A stretch of 64,000 nucleotides of DNA. Source: the human T2T-CHM13v2.0 reference genome, Homo sapiens. The translations under genes were made by a program, and so were the position numbers. The DNA lies in NCBI RefSeq assembly GCF_009914755.1, contig NC_060938.1. One strand, given 5' to 3'. Below are positions 54,989-64,000 of the stretch, piece by piece (the first letter of the stretch is position 1; every line of letters begins with the position of its first letter). Under the pieces are notes generated by a model. That model did no database searches. It was not told the DNA's origin and worked only from the letters and a program-made list of their open reading frames with translations.

Positions 54989-57217
54989 TTTGTTTTTGTT
55001 TTCTCTTTTTCTTTGATGCTCAATTCCTTGGTGTAATTTAAATAATCTTGCCCTATTTACAAAAGCTTTCAGATTTTGGTAGCCCCTTTGCAATGCTTCA
55101 GTGACAGATCCCAATTGTGTTTGAGTACAATAAGAATGTTTGTCGTATTCTTAAGACTGACATCACAATGAAAACCTACTGATATAGGGAAAAAAAAAGT
55201 CTCTCCATCAATGTCTAAGCTCTCGGAGTCATCTATATATATATATGGATGATATATATTCACATTCTCTCTCTATATATATTTCAATCTCTTTTCTTTA
55301 ACAAGTATTACCAAACCCCACTCTAATCCCTCTGTTGCCCAGAGTGTATGCAGAAGGGATCTTAAAGTCATCTAGGCCATGTTCCTTATTAGAATCAAAA
55401 TCAGAGGGGTTAAATGGCTTGTCCATCATTGCACAGCTCTTCATAAATTAAGGTAGAGAATTCTGGAGTGATGAATGTTTGTGAAGAGTTTTCATGGTGG
55501 TAAATACAATAAAGTGATATGTGTGGCATGCAAAGAAGCAAGATATTGAGTAATTCTCCAACCTTCTCATTAAAAAAAATACACATTAGACTTGTTGTAA
55601 GTCCCAGGCCTGTTGTTTATAAGACTTATGGTACCCTTATGCAAATCACTTCATCTCTTAGGAACTCAATTTTCTTAATTATAAAATAAACAATCTTAGA
55701 TCAAATGACACCTCAATTCTCTTCTAAAGTTAATATTCAAGCATTTTCTCTGGGTCACACCAAAGGCCTGCTCCACAGGCTGTTGTATTAGCACAGCATT
55801 ATGGTGAGTCCATGAAGCATCAAGATTTTCATCTTTGTGCATTTTCATTGTCTACAAGCAAAAGATGACAGATTGAAGGCCTGAATTTTATTTTCAAAGT
55901 CACATAACCAGGCCAGAGCTTAAATGTAATGTTGAAAAATAAAGTAGTAATGTGCTCTATTGAATTGGGGCTTGGGGCCTATAATAGAAATTATTATACT
56001 TTATGGGGCAGAGATTGAGAGTTGTTCTCAAAAAAATATTGGGATTTCTTCAGTCAAAATGAACTTAAAAAGATTTTCACACAATTTCACAGGTGGCTAT
56101 AGTAGAGTTTTGAGTATTTTAAACCAATCATCAATAAGTCTTATTTTCTTTCATAGATTTATTTTACAAACAGGCATAAGACATTGGCTCTGATCTCGAG
56201 AAACTTGGTGGTGCAAGAGGCAAATATATGCACAGTAATTATAAAGCAATTTAATAGTTCAGGTAATAGAGATAGGATTAAGATGTAAAGGAATCAAAGG
56301 GTTCCATCTATCCCAGCCTTGGGAGGGGAAGAGCAAGTAGGGACAGTTTGTAGGGAAGACAACACTTACAAATGTTAGATGCTTTGGCAAAGGTGACATC
56401 ACTAATGATAAACATTAGAATTTCACAGTCTCTTTCCTGAGGGTTTAAGTTCTTATTCCACTTTAAGGAATTGAAATGGGAGAATCCTTGATGATACAGT
56501 ATTCTTTCCTCTACCGTATGTAACCTCTGTAAGTGTACTTAACATTTGCCTGCAAGAGAAATATAAATATCTTCAGGATAGTAATTGTTCTGTTTCCCAT
56601 TATCAAAACCTCTCTCTTTTGTTAAATGCACCTGTTTATTGATTTGGTGTTGTCCAGGTATCTTCGTCTGAAGAGCACTTCAGGATTTCCTAGTCTCAGG
56701 GAGTATGTTGTCCTTCTTCTCTCACACACACTTAATATACCTAGTGTGACAATCTGAAGGGATGGAGGTAAAAGACAGTATGTAATAATTTGCTGCTAAC
56801 AATAATCAAAGCATGTTAGCTGATTTTATCATTAGTTCATGCAGAAGCATATTATGAAATTAAATGTATTGTCTTCCTAAAGGCATTCAAAGTCAAAGAA
56901 TCACATTTTTTTTCTGTTTTACTGTTTAGTCTGAATCATTCTTCTTTATCTCTCAGCATAGATAATCCATTAGGCAGTCAAGAGCAAAGGAAACTTTTTA
57001 CTTAATTTTTTCATATCTCCAGAATATTAGGTGCATAAAATGCACAGGATATACTTTTGTTGATTATATGGATTAGTGAATGGAATAACCAAGAAATAAA
57101 AGTAGAGTTCATTGTATTCATTACTTCATTTGACCCTAAGTCTAATCAAATGTCTCTTGACTTCCACTTAACAGATTCCCTGGATTAAACACTCTGCTTT
57201 TTCACTCTGTAAAACAT

Positions 57218-57659
57218 TGGAGTAGATAGAGATATTGGCCCCAATTCTTCACCTGTTAGAGAATTCTGGAGCCACTCTCTTGACATGGCCCAATGACAGA
57301 TTGAGTGTACTTTCCTTCTCTGTGACTTTGGACTTGGCCATATGACTTTACTTTGGCTGATGGAATGCTAGTAGATCTGACGTAAGAGGAGACTTGACAT
57401 GTATTTTTATGGTTTAGCTTGGCTCTCTTGTCCTACTGTCATCATGAAAATAACAGGTCCCAGGTAGCCACTACCCTTTCATTCTGGGATCTAGAGTGAG
57501 ATACAGAAAGCATGCCTATTCTAACCTGCAGTCTGAAACCAGCTCAGCTGAACCCCAAAGTATCCAGAAACCTGTGAGTCAGAAATGTAAATATTTGTTG
57601 TTATGAGACACTATGGTTATGTGTTTATTGCATGATTATGGTAATAGCTAACAGATATA
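57218..57659 (+). mobile_element. MLT1H-like MaLR LTR
   Basis: ttggccccaattcttcac...gactttggacttggccatatgactt...aatagctaacagatata. Confidence 0.78.
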
Positions 57660-58152
57660 GGCATATGATTGATGGCCCCAGTATGCTGAACTTTCATAAA
57701 AGTTAAACCCTCCAGTTGCGTTTTATATTTACTAAGAGTCAGTTGTCTTTGTTTCTAAACTTGTCTATCAGTTGTGCCCATTATTCTAATTGTGTAATTT
57801 ACCTAATGTTACATAAGCCAATCAATCATATGTTAGAGAACAAACTTGTCTCTGTAAAACTAAGTTGAATGCTTTTTAAACACTTAATAAAGATAAATTG
57901 TCAACAATATGAAATCAAATTAGATGTTGGTGAGAGTTTTTAAAAGACTGGAGAAAAATAAATATCTAGAAGGATCTTGCATTGAGATTGCTTTGTAACT
58001 GCCTAAATTCCCTCTTTTCTTTAAAGAAATGAGAACTGAGAGTCTTGGATGATACAACACATATGGTGTTACGCAAGAAAAGTAGGCTAAAATTTCATTT
58101 ATTGGATATGCTTTCAAAGAAGAGAGCTTGACCTTCAACAAAAGATTGCTTA

Positions 58153-58392
58153 GGCTGGGCACCGTTGTTCACATGTGTAATCCCAGCACTTTGGGAGGCT
58201 GAGGTAGCCAGATCATTTGAGGTCAGGAGTTTGAGACCAGCATGCCTTTAGTCCCTGCTACTTGGGAGGCTGAGGCAGGAGAATTGCATGAACTCAAGAG
58301 GTGGAGGTTGCAGTGAGCCAACATCCATCCCACCACTGCACTCCAGCCTGGTGACAGAGCAAGACTCCATCTCAAAAAAAAAAAAAAAAAAA
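58153..58392 (+). mobile_element. AluS with an internal deletion spanning the A-rich linker
   Basis: The left arm ends gagaccagc and joins directly to atgcctttagtccc. Poly-A present. Approximate TSD attgct(t/g)a. Confidence 0.92.
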
Positions 58393-61054
58393 TTGCTGAG
58401 TTATTCTTTATGTGTTTAAGGTTAAAAAAAAGTTTAATGTATGTTTGCCTAAATTTTTATTATTCTCTTCTTTAAACAAATTTTCTGATTAATTGAACAA
58501 AAATCATCCCAATTCCTTTGTATTTAAGAATACCATAATTTTGATACCACAGTAAAAATTGCTTTTTTCTTCTTTGAATGTATTCTAATGTTGTTAGTAT
58601 AAATTATAAGAATCAATATTAGAGAGCACTCTTTTCTTCATAATGAATATATAAAGAGTAAACTTTCTTTTTCAGCTTTAAGCTCTCTTTGCAGGCTTAG
58701 ATTTTATTCTGGTTTATAGATTTGCAGTTTGATTAATGCCTTTTGTTCTAAGTAAGGACACTTCTTAGTCCAGATTACAGTTCCTCAGTTTGCTCACTTA
58801 AATTGCATTTTTCATAGCAGTTGACTGAATTTTATGAATGCTGAGTGCTTGTGGTCATTTGAACTTTTTGTTGTTGTTGTTCCCATGAAATTATACCCTA
58901 GAATTATTTGGAGCTAAACAATCTATGAATGAAAAAGAAAAGTCAGCCATAAGCCTCCTTTTTTTCAACTGGCTTTTCGGATGCTACCAAATAAAACCAT
59001 TAAATACATTATTTACCTGAAATTCTAAATCTTTACAAAATAGGGATGAAACAGAGCCAATTATGGGGAAAAATCACTAACATTTTCCATGCATTTGGAC
59101 TTGACTTTGAGTTTGGGAGAACTTGGACTTGTTTCAGAATTTTAAAGAAAGTATTGCATATATTGATTGATGAAACATGCTGCTGGTAATGGTTTTTGAG
59201 ATGCTGATGGTCACCTCCTTGGAACAATTCATAGATGTATGCTTTATGGCATTTTAGGATCAAAAATTGATCTATAGGTGATGACATTTAATCAGCATTG
59301 ACTATGGTTGGAATTGAAAAGACAGCTCCAATTGGAAAAGCAAGCTTCACACCACATTACCCATAAGTCCACTGCTTGGAGTGGAGGGACTGACTATACA
59401 AGGAAATCCAAGAGCCACTCAACTCCAGCTCACCAACAGTTTGGGACACGTGAGTAATTTGGATAGAAATACTGTTCTGGCTCAGACATTTGGGTTATTT
59501 CAGTTTCAAAAGTGTCAGTTCTCACCTGGACAGAAAAGGTAGACAAGAAGGGCTTGGCTTTAATAAAGTACATGAACTCTAGACAGTTTTTAATACAATG
59601 AGATTAGCACAGGTCCATAAACCAACAGATTCAAAGACACCAGACCATGGCTAAAGAAAATCAGGCAGTAGCTTTCAAGGAAATGGAATATATTCTTTCA
59701 CTTTGGGCTATTACATTTCATTAGGGTTTCTTCAGATTTTGCGAAAATAGGGACATTGAACTAATTTCTTCCAGGCAGATATAGGAAATTCTTGACTTGG
59801 TGGTATGAAAAAATGACATGAAAAAAAGTGACTGTGGGTGCAATGTATTGGCATTTATAAGCACGTATGGGACAATTAAAATATAACAGGCTGGCACAGA
59901 ACCTTGAAGACCTAAAGTTGTTGTTCTTATTTAATTAACATAACAAACGAACACATGAAGATATAGCCATGAGATTGGTTTAATATTAGTGATATAAACT
60001 CTCTCCAGCATTATTGTGTTTGAAGATATCCATGTAACAACAACAACAACAAAAACAAAAATGCGCTAGCTGTGATACAGTGGAAAACTTGTTGGAATGA
60101 GAATGAAAAGATCTACAATTCCATCCAGACTATACTACTTCATGGTCCTGAAACCTCTGAGAAAATATTTGGAATACCATGCTGTTATCTGAAAACTGTC
60201 AATATAACGAACCTTCCCGAGTTGTTGAGATGTTGCAATGTAATATCTGAAAGCCATGTGTATTTTAATACCACCTGACACTTGATTAGCACTTTATAAT
60301 TAATCAAATGATACAAAGGTTGACTCATTTGGATATTCATTTAGCACTTAGATACTCCAGTGTCTCCAGTTGTTTAGTGGAATTATTTGCTTTCATAACA
60401 GGGGCGTTTGGTGTCTTGTAGACAGCACTGGCAGTTGTGACACTGATACTGTCAGAGGGAAGTATGTAAAGGCACTCCATTGAGCTCTGGCCATGCTGAC
60501 TCTGCACAAGGTTCAGTGGCCTTCAACCCCTACAGTTGATAAGCATTCTTGGTAAGCAATGGCTTTATTAAGCTCTCTGCTGACAGGCTGCCCTCTATGA
60601 TCTGAGCAGATAGCAGCCACTGCTCTCTTTGTGTCTTGCCTCCTACAAGACCAACTGTTTTTATGCCTAGAGAAATCAAAGTGAATAATATATAGCTATT
60701 GGTAACGAATAAACACAAACTCCAGCTTTTTTTGTTAAATTTTAATTGGACCCTCAAGCAGGGAAACAGGAAGAGAGTGGCAGCTCCAAAACTCAGCCTC
60801 AGATGCGTGATGGTTTATCTTCTGCAGATGGAAACAAAGAGTCCTTTATTCTGATCTCAGCGTGGTTATTTTTTGACATAGAAAGGGATGGGGGCAGTTG
60901 ATGTGGATAGATTCCATCCTTGTTTGATTTTATTCCGTCACATCTCTAGTATTCCTTTTCCTTCACGTTAATTATCTTCTTAGTGTCTGTGCCTTAGAAA
61001 TATTTGTAGATGCTTTTTATTGTTATGCTCTATTAACTGACAACAAGCCAAGCT

Positions 61055-61285
61055 CTGTGGTAAAGGAAATGAGATTGGAATCAGACTTGATTAGTATTCT
61101 CCATTTATTTTGGGGCATGCTGCTTAGCATTGGGACATGTCTCCCAATATGCATGCCTCAACTGAAAAAATGGGGGAAATAATAGTACCTTTGTCAGCGG
61201 ATCGTAGGCCCATTAAATGAAACAATTACTTTAACATAATTTCTCAGTCCCAGACAATATGCTAAAGTGCTCAGTAAAAGTTTTA
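61055..61285 (+). mobile_element. MIR SINE
   Basis: gtggtaaagg...ggaatcagacttg...aaaatgggggaaataatagtacct...aagtgctcagtaaa. Confidence 0.72.
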
Positions 61286-62655
61286 TAAAAATATTTTGAT
61301 TCTTATACCTGAAACACTTAAAATTTCCCAATTCCAGGCAGATTCGAGCCTTCAGTAATTTATAGGTAGCAGTATATGGAAAGACATTTTGACATTTATG
61401 CTGGTTGGTATCATCAAAGCCGATGGTCCCTCCCAGTTTAGGAGACTAAGAAAGCAGCTTTATTTTATTTTATTGTTTTGGAAGAGAAAATAGCTTCTAA
61501 ATGGTGAAGCATAACCACTACATAAAAGGAAAGAGCTAATGGTATGTGGAGTCTTCCTTTAAGGCCGTCTTAGGAAAACATGGAGTCAGCAAACTTTCCA
61601 ACTCGTCATGAATTCCACAGCTTGAGAAAGTTATGTTAATGTGCACTAGATGATGGTAATGTTTTAGGATAATCTATCTGCTAAAACATTCCTGTGTCAT
61701 CCATTAAACTTGTTACTCAGTGGGATATCTATACAATTGATGAAAGAACCAGCAGTCTCGCTGGTTTTTATTTGAACTGAAATACATTTTCTTGGTAAAT
61801 TTCAGCGTTAAGATTTTATTTTCTTAAAATAAAGTTGGATTGAAGCAGAGAAGAGAAAGCATGATATAAAAGACAAAGTAAAAACAAATAGTAATACTTT
61901 TTTTGTGCTCACTATGTCTGTTCTCTGTGACTAATTATAAACTTACATTTCTGACATGAAGGAAATTTCTCCTTGCCTTGCCATTTCCCCCTTTCTCTTA
62001 CGCTCCGCCTCCCTGGATGAAATTGGCAGGAACCCATATGGTTAGAGCAGAATAAGTTGCATTCATTTCCAAGTTTTTCAGCGTCTCATATCCTACAGTG
62101 CAAATTGTAGAGTACTTGGTGGTCCTCAGTGTCCATGGGACTAGAGAATGGGTGGGCTGGAGGCATATTTAGTTTTCCTTCATTTAATCCAAAGGCCAGC
62201 ATGACTTTTGAAATTAGTACATTTCGCCATTCACACAGCCCTGACTGAGGATAACTGCAGAAGTAGCTGAGGGTAAAGAGGAGAGTGGGGACATTTTACT
62301 GTTGGCACAAAACCAATTATCAGTCTGTTTTTATCCCCGTTTTGTTCCGAGATGGACTTTCATAAATGATGGAAGAACAGAATTGCCCTCCCAAGGATTT
62401 TTTAAAAATATGTACTGTAATTAAAGAAGAAGAGAAAAAGATGGCCATTTGGGCAATTGTGTAAGTTAAGGCTATGAAAGCTGTAATTTGAAAAACTACA
62501 TCGGTGGTAATGCTGTTTTAAGAGGGGAAAGAAAAATTAATTGTGAAAAAATAAACCTTGACACACAAATCAGAAGATATTAATACATAAGATGGTTAAT
62601 TTAGGAAATAGAGCTGAAGTAGAGTGAAATCTTAGATGACTAGGTGACTCAGATC

Positions 62656-62946
62656 TTTTTTTTTGTGATGGAGTCTCACTCTTTCGCTCAGGCTAGAGTG
62701 CAGTGACATGATCTTGCCTCACTGCAACCTCTGCCTCTGGGGTTCAAGCAATTCTCCTGCTTTAGCCTCCTGAGTGGCTGGGATTACAGGTACCCGCCAC
62801 CACGCCTGGCTAATTTTTGTATTTTTAGTAGAGACGGGGTTTCACCATGTTGGCCGGGCTGGTCTCAAACTCCTGACCTCAGATGATTCACCCACCTCCG
62901 CCTCCCAAAGTGCTGGGATTACAGGTGTGAGCCACTGTACCCGGCC
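62656..62946 (-). mobile_element. AluSx-like, full length
   Basis: Dimeric Alu. TSD gactcagatctt/gacttagatgtt. Confidence 0.95.
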
Positions 62947-63034
62947 GACTTAGATGTTAAAGCAGCAGCAAAATAATCGCAGACCCTGGGATAATCTGGC
63001 ATCAGTTTTGAAGAAATAAAAATATTAATACTAG

Positions 63035-63260
63035 TGGTGGCTAATATTAGTTGAGTGCTTACTACATACCTGGTATTGTGCTTTTTAATGTTTTATCCTA
63101 TTTCTTTTTAAAAACAAACATTTAAATTAAGTGTTAGATTTTCCCCCATTTGTCAGAGAAGACAACTGAGGCATAGAGTGGTTACTTTATCTGAGCCAGG
63201 ACTGGAACCCAGGTCTTTCTGACCAGAAAGTCTCTTTTATTTACCAAGCACTTCTTCCCA
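63035..63260 (-). mobile_element. MIR SINE
   Basis: gctaatattagttgagtgcttact...aactgaggcatagagtggtta...ggactggaacccaggtct. Confidence 0.8.
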
Positions 63261-64000
63261 GATAATAGTACTATAATTCTGCAAATAAGAGCTTCCTCAG
63301 GGAACCAAAGCATAAATCCAGAAGCTTGGCTTCAGAAAAACCCAAGGAAGCTGAAAGGAACCTGTACTCCTGTCACTGCCTGTCTATAATATCCTTCATT
63401 TTTGCTCTTTCTATTCTGGGGCTTTTTATTACTGTTAACCAATTTTAAAACACCAAAAGGTGTTCTTCAAGAATTAATTAAAAAGTAATAAAGGCATTAT
63501 TCCTTAATAAATATTTAATGTAATATCTTATATGGCTAGACTCAATAAAAATTAAATCTGTCTTTGAGACACTTAACTGGAAGAGGTGTCCAAATCAGTA
63601 ATATGGTAGAACTTTGCCCCAGGAAGAGGGCCTCCTCCCCTAAGGAAGTTTAGAACCATAGAGAGACGTAGAAACCCCTATCTCTATGTGAATAGTGTCT
63701 TGCCTCTTATTAAGACCAACTCCATTTCATCTCTTCAAAAATGTATTTGCTGGTTTCTGCACAATGACTTCAATTTTTTTTAGCATCTCAAATATTTATA
63801 CCAATTTGTCAGCAGCAAGTATCAGTGGCAGGTGGAAATAAAGTATTATTTAGGCTGAGATATCCAATTTTTACTTGCTTGGCTACTTTCTTGAAAGATG
63901 ATGCTTTAGAAAATGAAATACAACATTTATCATTGTTTTGTTGACTACAAGAGATGGAGTTTGCTCTCTTTGCTGTGACCCAGTTAGTTCACATAGCAGG

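Overview
This is primate (very probably human) nuclear DNA: AT-rich, CpG-depleted and non-coding, i.e. intergenic or deep intronic. I find no credible cellular protein-coding exon, RNA gene, CpG island or CRISPR-like array. The only ORFs with recognisable homology (24213-24677 and 24712-25314) are frameshifted C-terminal pieces of L1 ORF2p in a 5'-truncated L1PA4-like element; the rest are Alu-, LTR- or microsatellite-derived, or chance. Repeats include 11 Alus, old L1M/HAL1/L2/L3/MIR fossils, DNA transposons (MER82, MER58A, a hAT-Charlie MITE, MER115), and a dense LTR cluster at about 30-49 kb. That cluster includes a complete LTR-int-LTR MST-type MaLR provirus nested in MER82. The most unusual structure is a perfect 41-bp-arm hairpin (33053-33142) built by fold-back duplication inside the decayed MaLR internal region. 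Several smaller template-switch or quasi-palindrome scars, a 37-bp minisatellite, and candidate enhancers (26.2-26.8 kb; the repeat-poor 49-62 kb block) are also present. I cannot support a wholly new biological system here. Repeat subfamily names come from recall of consensus sequences and need RepeatMasker/Dfam confirmation.
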